A stretch of 64,000 nucleotides of DNA, from contig NIVC01003216.1 of assembly GCA_002269645.1 (NCBI GenBank), positions 1 to 64,000 of the forward strand, in the 5' to 3' direction. Source of the DNA: Macrostomum lignano. Taxonomy: Eukaryota. The notes under the pieces are model-generated. The model worked only from the letters and a program-made list of their open reading frames with translations, was not told where the DNA came from and made no database searches. Position 1 is the stretch's first letter. Each line of letters starts with the position of its first letter. The position numbers and the translations under genes are program-made. Positions 50,292-61,622 of this stretch are shown here, piece after piece.

Positions 50292-53200
50292 TGTGAGCCA
50301 TTGATTTGCTATAGAGCGCCCACCCCATTTTTCCGGGTCCGTACGTCAGCCGGCTTTCTCTCTCTAACTCTCGCCCCCTTATCTGTACTCGTAGTAAGCA
50401 AAGTGTACATTTACGACCACCACCCCACGCAATGCAGTAGCCGACTAAATATTAAATAAATAACATCGTCTCGCCCACTGTGGCTTTCGTACTTCTTCGT
50501 GCAACTGCCAAATCATGCATTAAACTCTTACATGGCGTCGCAAGCCATAGCACTATCGCCACCTGGCACCTTCGATGCAGAAGGTGAGCCGCATACCATC
50601 GCACAAAAGTGGAAAAATTGGACTCGGCGCTTTGAGAGCTACCTTGTCGCGGCCGGCATCAAAGATGAAAATCAAGCTCAAGAAATCCTACTCTACTCAG
50701 CCGGCGAATTCATCCACTCGCTCGTCGAAGACAACAGCATTGCACGAGGCGAATCAGCCAAGAAACTAGCAGAAAACATTCAAAGCCACCTGGACAAGAA
50801 AAACAACATCGTCTTCCTACGATACATGTTTGAGACCTGCCGACAGCTAGAGGGCGAAGGAATCGATGCCTGGTATGTCCGACTGAAGAAACTGGCGGAG
50901 CCATGCAAGTTCGGCGACTTGAGCAACTCGCTAATTCGGGACAAGATTGTGGCGTACTGCCGGTCTGAGAAAATGCGGCGCGATCTGCTCCAGTCAGGCG
51001 ACATCAGCCTGGCTGACACGCTGACCAAGATCCGCGCCAGAGAAACAGCGGAGCGACAGGCGCAAGCAATGGAGCTCGGCAGCCGACCGGTGCCGGAGGA
51101 CGTGGCAGCAGTGAGCAGCAGCGGCCGCGGCTCGAGAGCGGCAGACGGAAAGTCGCAGGTCACCTGCAACCGGTGCGGCAGACAAGGGCATGCTGAATGC
51201 GACACCGCCCGGGGCAAGTCCTGCAGGAAATGCGGCAAAATCGGACATTTCGCCCGTGCGTGCAGGTCCAGTAAGGCCGGCCAGCTCAACGCCATCCCGA
51301 GCGAGCAGGAGAACGTGACCTACCTGCTGGACAAAGACTCAGCTCCAGTCCAGGAGGGAATCTTCCACGTGGCCAGTGATCCGGCGTCAGCGAGAGTGAC
51401 CGCTCAAATCGGCGGCACCTCCATGGACATCCTTATCGACAGCGGGGCCGGTTGCAACATCATGGACGTCAGCAGTTTCAATGGCCTGCCACACCGACCC
51501 CCACTGCAGCCAGCCAGCAGCCAGCTGTTTGCCTACGGAAGCTCGCACCCAATGAAGCTGGTCGGCAAGGTGACTCTGCCTGTAAATGTTTTTGGTGTCT
51601 CCAGAGACGCGCCCTTTTTTATATTCGACGGCAGGGGCGCGACGGTCCTCGGCAGAAAATCTGCAATCGAAATGGACATCCTCCGTATCGGCCCGCCCAG
51701 CAGTCAGCCGACACCCGAGGTTCTCGCCGTCCACCGATCAGAGGGCCTCATCGACCAACTGCTCAAAGGAAATCGACTAGCGGACGAAGGCCTCCCAGAG
51801 CAACTGCAGCTGAGCCACATCCTCACCAAGCACGCTCAGGTTTTCAGCGGCATCGGATGCGTCAAGAACTACACGGCAACGATCCACCTGACGGAGGACG
51901 CCAGGCCGGTCTGCCACGCGTCCTCAAGGGTTCCTGTCCACCTGGCCGCAGCGGTCGACAAGGAGCTCAAGCTGCTTGAGGACCTAGACATCATCGAGCC
52001 TGTCAACGGCCCGGCACCCTGGGTGGCTCGGATGGTCGTGGTGCCAAAGGCGCAGTCCGGCGAAGTTCGAATCACCCAGGACCTCCGAGATGTCAACAGG
52101 TTTGTCATCAGGGAGCGACATCAAATCCCAACTTTCGAGGAGGTGACTGGGTGCATGGCAGGCGCCAAAGTCTTCTCGGAGCTGGATGTTGCCAAGGCTT
52201 TCTACCAGATCCTTGTGGCGGAAAGCTGCAGGAACCTGCTGACCTTCTCGACACCACGGGGGCTGCGACGGCTCAAGCGGTTGTGCATGGGCCTCTCCAC
52301 GGCTCAGGAAATCCTCCAAGTCGTCATGTCAGGCATCCTGGCTGGACTCGACAAGGTCAAGTGGATTCATGACGACATCGTTGTTTTCGGGAACTCCTTG
52401 GAGGAGCACAACAGGAATCTGGCAGCATGCCTCGCCCGCCTCCAGCAGCACGGCGTCACGCTCAATCCCGGAAAGTGCAAGCTAGCCAGAGACAAGATCA
52501 CATTCATGGGCATGCAGCTCTCAGCCAGTGGAGTGCAGCCCACCGAAGACAAGATCGAGACAGTCAAGGCATTCAAGGCTCCAGAGACCACCAGCCAGGT
52601 GAGGTCATTTCTAGGCCTTGTCAACTACCTGGCTGTGTTCACACCGCAGCTGTCAAAAATCGCTGAGCCACTGCGGCGCCTGACGAAGAAAGGCGCGGTC
52701 TGGAGATGGAGCGAAGCTGAAGACGCCGCTTTCAAGCAGCTGAAACAGCAGATCACGGAAGCCGGCGCCCTTAGCTTCTTCGACCAGAGACTGCGAACCG
52801 AGCTCATAGTCGACGCCGGTCCGAGGGGACTCGGAGCCATCTTGGCGCAGCGGCGAGAAGATGGCACTTCAAGACCAGTGGCCTATGCCAGCCGGTCGCT
52901 CTCCGATGTAGAGTCCAGATACTCACAGACCGAAAAGGAGGCGCTGGCAGTGAAATTCGGATGTCTCCGATTCCAATACTACCTGCACGGCGCACCTCGA
53001 TTCGATGTGATCACGGACCACAGGCCGTTGGTCAACATGCTGGCGCCAGGGTCGAGGCCGCCTCCTAGAGTCGAGCGAATGGCTCTGCAGATTCAGCACA
53101 TGAACTTCAAGGTGGTGTATCGCCCAGGGCCCCAGAATGCGGCAGACATCCTCAGCCGACAACCGCTAGCGACATCCGGGCACAACAAAGATGCACAGCA

Positions 53201-55028
53201 GAACTCCGCCAGCATCGGCGCGGTACTGCAGGCCGCGGTGCCGAGAGCGCTCACAGTAGAGGACATCAGGCGGCACTCGCAGACTGACCCGCTGATCAAA
53301 GCCGCAATCGCCGCCATCCAGGGAGCCAGGTGGGACCTCGGCCACCCGGAGCTGAGGTCACTGTATGCACTACGAGACGAGCTTGCTGAGGAGGACGGAG
53401 TGCTGCTTCGGCGGGACAGGATTGTGGTGCCAAGCAGCCTCCGGGAGACAATGTTGCGCCTCGCACATGCCGGACACCAGGGACTGCGGAAGACACTGGC
53501 CAGGCTGAGCAGCAAAGTCTGGTGGCCAAAGATGAGCGCAGATGCGGACAAGGCCGTCAGCAGTTGCCGCAGCTGCATCATGACATCACATAAGACGCCA
53601 CTGCAGTCGTCCAGCATCCCCAAGGGCGCCTGGCTGTCGATTGGCGCCGACTTCCTCGGTCCGGTGCAGAACAAGATGCTGCTCGTCTGCGTGGATCACT
53701 ACTCCCGGTATCCCGAGGTGCAGGTCATGCAGTCTACTACAGCGGAGGCAGTCATCCCGAAGCTGCGGGAATCATTCTGCAGGTTCGGCATCCCAGAGGA
53801 GCTCGTTACGGACAATGGGCCTCCATTCTCGTCGGCGCAGTTCAAGGATTTCCTCAGGAGCTTCGGAATTCGACACCGGGCCATCACTCCGCTCTACCCT
53901 GCGGCCAACGGCATGACCGAGCGCCTGAACAGATCGATCAACAAGGTCGTCCGCGCTGCAATCGCGGAGAGCAGGGACTGGCGCGAGGCTCTGGACGAGT
54001 GGATTCTGGCGTACCGGACGGCGCCACACGCCACAACCGGACGCGCACCCGCGGAGCTGCTGATGGGCCGCGCTTTGGGCAACGGCGTCCCCGGCCGGCG
54101 GCCACCAGCGCGGGTGCGCATCAACGACAAGGAGCTGCGGGAGCACGACTGCAAGCAGAAGCTGACGATGAAGCGGCACGCCGACGCTGCTCGAAGACCA
54201 AGAGAGCACAACTACGCGGTCGGCGACCAGGTGCTGCGGAAACGCGTCAACCCGCTGAAGGGCCAAACCCCATTTGAGAGCGAGCCCTGGACTGTGACCA
54301 AAGTGCAAGGCAACTCGCTGCAGCTACGGCGCGGTCAGGCCACTTGTCGGCGACACTGCACGGCCCTGACGGCGCTGCCACCGGAGCCCGACCTAATGGA
54401 GCCGCAGGCGGCGGCACCCGACGCTGCCGGCCCCGCCGACGTCGAGCAGAACGTGCCGATCGCCCGCACCCCGCATCCGAGAGCGGCGAAGGAGGGATTC
54501 AAAGTCTACACTTGATCGAGGGGGGGGGGTGATTTGATAGGCTTGAAATCCGTCGCAACTGTTTAAAAATGTTTGAAACTGTTAAATGTCTTTTGTAACC
54601 TTTTGCGTTTTTTTCGTTTCTCGAAATGCTTTTATTCCGGCTGCGTCCGTTGTTTTTTTTTATTCAATGGTCAGCGGCAACCAATATTTTATTTCCCCTG
54701 CAATCGGTATGTCGTTCGAGTCTCCCGCGCTTCGAATGCAAGCATCGAGTTTTCAAAAGTGATTTTCTTTTCTGCGTTGAGGAGAGATGTGAGCCATTGA
54801 TTTGCTATAGAGCGCCCACCCCATTTTTCCGGGTCCGTACGTCAGCCGGCTTTCTCTCTCTAACTCTCGCCCCCTTATCTGTACTCGTAGTAAGCAAAGT
54901 GTACATTTACGACCACCACCCCACGCAATGCAGTAGCCGACTAAATATTAAATAAATAACATCGTCTCGCCCACTGTGGCTTTCGTACTTCTTCGTGCAA
55001 CTGCCAAATCATGCATTAAACTCATACA
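50292..55028 (+). mobile_element. Full-length, recent Ty3/Gypsy LTR retrotransposon
   Basis: 241-bp LTRs 50292-50532 and 54788-55028 (TGT...ACA, one mismatch seen); 5-bp TSD AAAAT; PBS-like TGGCGTCG at 50533; purine tract GAGGAGAGA at 54779-54787. Confidence 0.96.
50532..54515 (+). CDS. Gypsy single-ORF Gag-Pol polyprotein (~1327 aa)
   Basis: Zinc knuckles CNRCGRQGH and CRKCGKIGHFARAC, protease LIDSGAGCN, RT WIHDDIVVFG, RNase H VDAGPRGLGA, integrase HAGHQG/CRSC and ADFLGP, TDNGP, TERLN; PR-RT-RH-IN order. Confidence 0.95.
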   Translation: MASQAIALSPPGTFDAEGEPHTIAQKWKNWTRRFESYLVAAGIKDENQAQEILLYSAGEFIHSLVEDNSIARGESAKKLAENIQSHLDKKNNIVFLRYMFETCRQLEGEGIDAWYVRLKKLAEPCKFGDLSNSLIRDKIVAYCRSEKMRRDLLQSGDISLADTLTKIRARETAERQAQAMELGSRPVPEDVAAVSSSGRGSRAADGKSQVTCNRCGRQGHAECDTARGKSCRKCGKIGHFARACRSSKAGQLNAIPSEQENVTYLLDKDSAPVQEGIFHVASDPASARVTAQIGGTSMDILIDSGAGCNIMDVSSFNGLPHRPPLQPASSQLFAYGSSHPMKLVGKVTLPVNVFGVSRDAPFFIFDGRGATVLGRKSAIEMDILRIGPPSSQPTPEVLAVHRSEGLIDQLLKGNRLADEGLPEQLQLSHILTKHAQVFSGIGCVKNYTATIHLTEDARPVCHASSRVPVHLAAAVDKELKLLEDLDIIEPVNGPAPWVARMVVVPKAQSGEVRITQDLRDVNRFVIRERHQIPTFEEVTGCMAGAKVFSELDVAKAFYQILVAESCRNLLTFSTPRGLRRLKRLCMGLSTAQEILQVVMSGILAGLDKVKWIHDDIVVFGNSLEEHNRNLAACLARLQQHGVTLNPGKCKLARDKITFMGMQLSASGVQPTEDKIETVKAFKAPETTSQVRSFLGLVNYLAVFTPQLSKIAEPLRRLTKKGAVWRWSEAEDAAFKQLKQQITEAGALSFFDQRLRTELIVDAGPRGLGAILAQRREDGTSRPVAYASRSLSDVESRYSQTEKEALAVKFGCLRFQYYLHGAPRFDVITDHRPLVNMLAPGSRPPPRVERMALQIQHMNFKVVYRPGPQNAADILSRQPLATSGHNKDAQQNSASIGAVLQAAVPRALTVEDIRRHSQTDPLIKAAIAAIQGARWDLGHPELRSLYALRDELAEEDGVLLRRDRIVVPSSLRETMLRLAHAGHQGLRKTLARLSSKVWWPKMSADADKAVSSCRSCIMTSHKTPLQSSSIPKGAWLSIGADFLGPVQNKMLLVCVDHYSRYPEVQVMQSTTAEAVIPKLRESFCRFGIPEELVTDNGPPFSSAQFKDFLRSFGIRHRAITPLYPAANGMTERLNRSINKVVRAAIAESRDWREALDEWILAYRTAPHATTGRAPAELLMGRALGNGVPGRRPPARVRINDKELREHDCKQKLTMKRHADAARRPREHNYAVGDQVLRKRVNPLKGQTPFESEPWTVTKVQGNSLQLRRGQATCRRHCTALTALPPEPDLMEPQAAAPDAAGPADVEQNVPIARTPHPRAAKEGFKVYT

Positions 55029-55509
55029 AAAATGACCTCATTGTTTCTAATAAATCAACACAATCAGATAAGTCTCTTCAATTGAGCATCGAGTAAAGCT
55101 ATCAATGACACTTTACGAGCGTAGACAGATCCTTGTAACTGAACATGACTGAACAAATTACTGCGTTCTATGTGTTAAAAAGTTTAGGCCTCAAAAAACA
55201 AATTGATTGCATGAATTCCTCAACGAATTTGTTATTTGGCTTTGAAACTTTATTTAGACACAACAAAATTAAAAAAGAGTTTGTCGAAAAGAAGATAACA
55301 TAAGAGGTGTGTCAAGATCTTTTACGATTTGTCTTTGCTGTGCAGCAATTCTGCAATCATCATTGATGATTTTCCAAGAACTGAGTCTAATGTGCAGGTA
55401 AAGTTGTGCAGGAATATATTTTGTGGTTAAAAGTGCTTTTAGTTCTGCTGTAATTCCGAATCGAAAGCTTGTCTAGATTGATCACGCGCTCACAGAAGAA
55501 GTGTATATA

Positions 55510-55991
55510 TAATAACACCCGCCTCAATTTTGTGCTCGAGAGGGGTGTGGGGGTAAAGCCCCCACATTTGTACCATCGACACATTTCCAAAAGAAGTGTC
55601 AGTGTAGTTACCATCTAGTCTGCTTCAGTTAGAAAGACGGAAACGCAAGTTTAGAGCGCAGGAGAGACATTCATCATGGACTTCTATACTTCTATGGCAT
55701 CTTTTTCTCTGCACACTGCTAATATATATAACAACATGCAAATAATTCGTTCCCAATCACAAGTAGTCCTGCCTGAATATAAAATTAATCAGTTTGAATT
55801 TGCGTCGTTGCCTCGCGATAAAAAATTAAATACATTTCTGATGGCCTCATGTGGTAACGCGAATTTTTTCGCTTCCAGTCCAGATGCTAAGTATAGAAGT
55901 CCATGCATTGATAGACTCGGCTTCGCCTCGGCCTGAGAAACGCATCCTGGACTTTCTTTCCCATAGAACAAAATCGAGGCGGGTGTTATTA
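55510..55991. mobile_element. Probable non-autonomous TIR element (~480 bp)
   Basis: 23-bp inverted repeats TAATAACACCCGCCTCAATTTTG / CAAAATCGAGGCGGGTGTTATTA (one mismatch) with TA-rich flanks. Confidence 0.55.
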
Positions 55992-56804
55992 TACACATCC
56001 ATTCGAATTCACAGCTGAGCACTTTGCTAGTAGTCCAGTTGACTACTAAACCGAGGACCGTGAAGACGATAAGCGATCAACTAAGATCATTATAACAGTC
56101 ATTTTTTTCCATTTTCGCCTTTGAAATTAGAACTCAAAAGTTTTATATCCAATCCAAGAGCAATAAAAAGCAGCCTTCACTTTAGGTCTAGCTGCATACA
56201 ATACTTTTGTAAAATACAAGATTTAAAAAAGGACGTAAAGCGTTCTGTGACTGATTTTCCTGATACTACATGGCTTTGACTATCATGGTGTACTCTATCC
56301 GAGCTTACTTTTTCAAAAATGAAGCTTGGCAGACTGCTTAGTTCTGTGCAGTCTGTTTCGGATTCTACTGCCTGGTTGATTCGTGCCGACTGTTCAACGC
56401 GTCTGCCTTTACCAGCAATCAATGGCGAATCGTTCATCATCCTATCGACGTCCATTTTCAGTAAGTTGCGCACGTAATGTACATGTAAAGTGAAACCAGA
56501 GTTTACCCTTGGTTTTCTTAGTTTACTCGTAGTTTACTCATAGTTCAGTCAAAGTTTACTTCAAGTTTATCCATCGCTTACCGTGATAAAGCAATTGTAT
56601 CAGGATACCCGCAACGAACGGTGGGTGGATTATAAAGAAAAGTAGTAAAAACTTAATTACAATATCATCCTATCTTACTGATGCTTTCTCTAAACAGATC
56701 TTTTCGAAATTCGCAAGAGATGTAGCTCGCAGTAGTGTTAGAGAAAGAGAGAGAGAGAGAGAGAGAGAGTTCTTGTGCAACTATTGCTCGGATTATAACA
56801 ATGA

Positions 56805-57100
56805 AGCTGGACACTGTTGAAAACCTATCGACGGAAGCACATGCAAGTCAATTTTTGGGGGATCGTGCAGCCACACTCTACAAGCTGGAAATCAATGGTG
56901 GGACGGTGAGAGGGGCAGCTGGCCGCTACATCGTTTTGTCTCTTGCGTCACCATCTACAACAGACAGGACTGCTGCGCCTACCGGTTCAATGAATTCTCG
57001 CTGCAGGTGAACGGCGTCGAGTGTAACCGAGAGAACCTGACGGAGCTGTCCTCTGTGTGGCCAATTTCAGCTGCACCGCTTTCTGCTAGCTTATGCGCTG
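56805..57100 (+). pseudogene. Orphan F-type lectin exon 2 pseudogene
   Basis: HC*KPIDG...GSCSHT...QWW...VTIYNRQDCCAYRFNEFSLQVNGVECNR, then a frameshift; no PAN exon recognised upstream. Confidence 0.85.
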
Positions 57101-57175
57101 AACAGCGAGATGCGAATCTATGAACTTTACGCTCGTAAAAGGCCCGTTTAAGATTTAGAGTTTAGTTAATCTTCT

Positions 57176-57823
57176 TGTGACAGTGTAATTCGTAATTTCG
57201 TAGAAGCATCTGTACTGTATTCTTTCATTAATATTAACAATATTCCATACGTATTATTATCGCGGTTATTTTGCTGTTAATTGTTTGTTTTCATAGCCTC
57301 GTATGTATTTATTCTATTATTTGTATTTCATTCATATCGTTGTTATTTCTCGTAAAGTAGTTCTATCTATGTACTCGTACATGTACTGATGTTATGATAT
57401 TCTTGCACGATATATTTTCTTGATTAATTTTTACATTTACATTGCGCGTGGGGGCTTGACTGGGTTTTGGATTAGGGGTGTTGTTGTTATCTGTTTACCT
57501 ACCAATTAAATATATGCTTACACTACAGTCAGCGGCCGCTCGTGCTCTCGCACTTCCCTCCCTCTTTGCTTCGCTTCTCGCTCTAGGCTTGCAAACCCCT
57601 AAGCTATCCGGCCTCCTTGCCTCAACTCTTCCGCCGCCTACCTCGGCCCACCAATTAATCAACTGATCCCGATCCTAGCAATTTTCTATATATCTAAATC
57701 TAAGCTGTCTTAAGCAATACTTTAAGTCTAAGGGTGGAAGCGGCCTGCCGATCTGCTAAACTAAATCGTGAACTATCTAATTACCCGCTACACAAAACCG
57801 TCTTCCGGCCTTTATTCGTCACA
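57176..57823. mobile_element. Solo LTR (648 bp), different family
   Basis: Termini TGTGAC...GTCACA (perfect inverted hexamer) with a 4-bp TSD TTCT on both sides. Confidence 0.75.
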
Positions 57824-59492
57824 TTCTGGAAGGAAAAGCCTAAATAAAACATCCCTTTTGTGATGACCTGCGATACATTTTTGTGTTGCGGTGTGGTAAA
57901 AAAATATTTACAGAAGGAAAAATCAAATAAAGCTAATGAAATATTAGCATTGCATTCGAATTTCGTGTATTTCCGTTTTTTCTACCATTTCTCTAAATAT
58001 AATATGTTTCATGTAAAATTATTGTGCAGGAAACTCGATTTGTATTTAAATACGAGTCGCATTTAGAATCATTTTTTTTATTAATCAGGCTATACATGTA
58101 TATGTGTTTAAATCTTGAACTTTCTTGGTTTTTTAATATTTCCAATGATAAGTGAATTATTTACGAGCTACGTTGCGCCTTGTTCATTTCAGAAGACCTT
58201 GGCTGCTTGGACCTATAAATTTTTGTTTTATCGAATAAGAGGTAGCCCCTTCAGTAGTACGCGTATTATCCCTGTTGTAGGCACTCAGTCAGAAGTCTGT
58301 TAATTCAGTCAGTCAGTTTTCCTCTACATGTATTTGCCTCGGAGTCCACCCGCCCCGCCTAAACCAACGTACCAACCGATTCCCAAGGAAAGATTTTCTT
58401 TGAAACTGGAGAATTCGGAATCCACCTCCGACCCAGAACTTTGCGGATGTATGACTTGGGCAATTTGAATAGCAAAAGATGAAGTCTGCTATTGTTCCAC
58501 TTCCATTGTTTCTCTAGCGGAGAGGATCGACTATGCAGGGAGATCACTTGCTTTTGACATCCGCAGCGTGGCGTGGCGTGGAGTCGCTCAGCGGACGACC
58601 GCATCCGTCTCTCCCACAGTCTTCTGTCACAAGCTTTGGGAAAGAAATTCCAGTGTCCCCGAGGTCTCGTGGTCTGGAAAAATGGATGAAAAGCCTTTAT
58701 GGCGAAGGAGCACTATTAATACTTTATTAAACGTCTTATTAAAGCTCTGGTAATAGTGAAGGATTTACCACTAGCTTTGAAACGAGACCAAGTTTAGCAA
58801 AAGTGGCTTTGATGCTCGGAAGTCAAGAATATTGCGCAAATGCACTAAACCGCGTTTCTACGCCTATCGTGCTGTCGAGTTTTTGAATGTCACTACCATA
58901 GCTAATTTTGTATCCCCAGCAGTGCTTCCTTCCTTGGTTACGCCCGTACAAGAATCCAACATAGCTAGGACCAAAAATCCAGATTAAATATGTAACACTA
59001 AGTGTTACGCAGTGCGAGATCAAACCACGAAAGCCCCCGCGGGGCAGTGATCGATATATTTATTTATTAGCGTCACTTTACATGATATGACATGACACGA
59101 CATATGACACTTTATACATGATGTCGATACATTAAAATCGACATGATGAGTTAGCGATATTTGAGATATTTGCGATAACTAGCTCAGCGTAGTTTCCAAA
59201 TTATACGAGTAGTTTAAATTTTCTATGATTGACTAGATGCCACTTCCTGTATACTTAGAGGAGGAACCCCTCAGGAATTACGTGTGTATAAGATAATCGT
59301 ATTTCTATTTTTGAAACTCTTTTCGCTCAACTTTGAGCTCGAGTTTTCCTTGGACTCATACAGCCTGAAGTATTAAATACATGTACATGTCTGTAAGATA
59401 TAGAAATCAAAAAGGTATTTTCGTGTAGTCAACTTCGACGGTCTGAATTGTACAATTCAGACGTCTGTCTTAGTCCAGCAGCCTCTTCACAT

Positions 59493-60871
59493 TGTAACGA
59501 TGTTGATATTTATTTCCGAAAATATTCTAGTGTTATTAATGCCTTTTTAGTGTCATATTATTACTCTAGCTACTATTTATTAAACGAATCTTAAATTTAT
59601 TCTATATTTATACATAAAATTTGTTTTACTGTATCATTCATAGAAATACGGGTATTGCATTATTTTGAGGTGGGGGTGGAGAAGAAAATAAAAAAATTTT
59701 GAAATTGGGAAAATAAAATTTGGGTTTGTCGTCGGCACGTAAAGCCGGAAAATTGTGCAATTGATGCGTTGATTCTTCTCCTTGGATACTCCGTCTGCCG
59801 GGTCCTCAATTCCGGGGGGAGGGTAGTCGTAATCGTAGTCGAGCGGTCTAGTAGCGGCCCGAGTCGTTCAGAATGGGTCCTCAGACACCGTAAACTCGTA
59901 ATTCGTCGAGATTGCTGGTTGTGTTACTCTCAGTAGTAAAGTAGCGCTGCCACCACCGTAAATATCGTATTACGGAACGATGAGGGTCTCAGAGCTTTCT
60001 TTGAGTTGAGACTGATTGGTTATTTTACGCCCCGCGGGCAAATGACTCAATAGAAAACTAAAGGCTTCGATTCGGATCAACTGAATAAATATTAAATGTT
60101 GCGAGCTTATTATTATTTCGTTAATTGTTATTACGGTTAATTATTATTACTACGCGAGATGAACAGAGACAGGAGCAGAAGAAAAGGCGAGTACTAAAAC
60201 TAACTAAACTAAAATCCACCGTAAAACACACACCAAAAAAAAACTAAAACTAAAAAACAAAAGACTAAAAAATGACTCCAGAGATAACTCAAATAAATAA
60301 CATTTTGGCGGGAAGGATCCCAGGGGTGGGACGGAGGATGGGACAAGGGAAGGGACAACGAAGGGAAAAGAGGAAAACCCGGCCGCTGGAAACATTAAAA
60401 CAACAGGGGCCAAGGGAGGGAACAGAAAAGGGAACAGACGAGGGAGCAAGGGCGGGAACAACCGGGGGAACAAACCAGGGAACAAAAGTTGAAAAAAATG
60501 ACGTCAATCCGTCCGGCCGTCCTCATGTCATCGCCCGCGGGAGATCTGCCGTCGTTCACCCCAGTAACTCAGTGGTAGACCGACCTACCACAATTTAAAA
60601 GTGGGTTATTTCGCATTTTTGTTCTCTAGTGTTCTTGTCTCGCTGGGCTCGTGTGTGCTGTTGGTTTGTCCGCCGCGTTGTGCCTATTCGCCATACTTAG
60701 TACTTACTACCAATAATTTAACAGCAACAGTTAACTCCTGTCTTCAAATAAATAATATAATACAGTTAAATACAATCAGTCGAAGTTAAAATTCTAAACT
60801 TTCTTGCTACGTAGACTCATTTATTGATAAGTGCATAGCCGTCAGCACCGAACAAGAAGGGTCGCGTCACA
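59493..60871. mobile_element. Long solo LTR (1379 bp), related to 6490-7006
   Basis: TGTAACGATGTTGATATTTA...GAAGGGTCGCGTCACA; 4-bp TSD ACAT. Confidence 0.75.
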
Positions 60872-61622
60872 ACATTACCAATTCCAGAACCAGAATCGGT
60901 TCGGATCTTCCAAGAAAAACAGCAGTATAACTATTTAACTCTGTTAATATTTGACTGCCTTGCAGGGGTGTCGGAACCGGGGGGGCACGGGGGGGCTGGA
61001 GCCCCCCCACTTTTTGAAAGACCCTTAAAAGTGCCCTTTTAAAATTTTAAAGTGCCCCGGTAAATTTTCTAAGTGCCCTGTGTCCTAGGACCTAAGTTGC
61101 CCCCAATAAGCACAACCCAAGTAGGGCCAAGACCCCCAAATCCATTAAAGTTAAACCATTCACTTTGATTTGAATGTACAGTGCTTAGTGTCCGCTACTC
61201 CTTATCCTTCCTTTCTGTCTCTTGTTTATTGCTAAATCTTGACTGGACTGCACTCAAGTTTTCCTTTCCTGTCCTGCCCCCTCTCCACTCCAGAGATTCT
61301 GACCCTGCCCCCTACAGTGGACCGGCAAGGGCCCCACGTAGATGTACATAGACAGTACATTCATGAATCTTGCCAGTGGTCAGTGGAGAGCGGGGAATGT
61401 GGGGAGTCCACTGAGGACGAAATAATAAGACAGTGGGTAAATAATCAACTTTACTGGGATCTGAGAAAGACAGACAGTGTTTAAAGCTTTTAAATAAAAA
61501 ATACTATACGAATCACTACACCTGGTATTGGGCTGGGCTTAAAAGCTTGGCTTCAGAGCCTTCAGGGAAAATTCAGAGCCGTACAGACCTATCAGTTTCA
61601 GAAAAATACAATCTAAAATAAA

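Noticed and set aside
52360-52385. RT motif IHDD instead of YxDD as a sign of inactivity
   Set aside because: Both Asp residues are present, non-Tyr variants occur in Gypsy lineages, and near-identical LTRs show recent activity.
50575-54532. Many short overlapping or antisense ORFs in the Gypsy element
   Set aside because: Expected shadows of a GC-rich long ORF.
58625-58997. Possible solo LTR (TGTCAC...GTAACA)
   Set aside because: Flanks CTTC and CTAA do not form a TSD.
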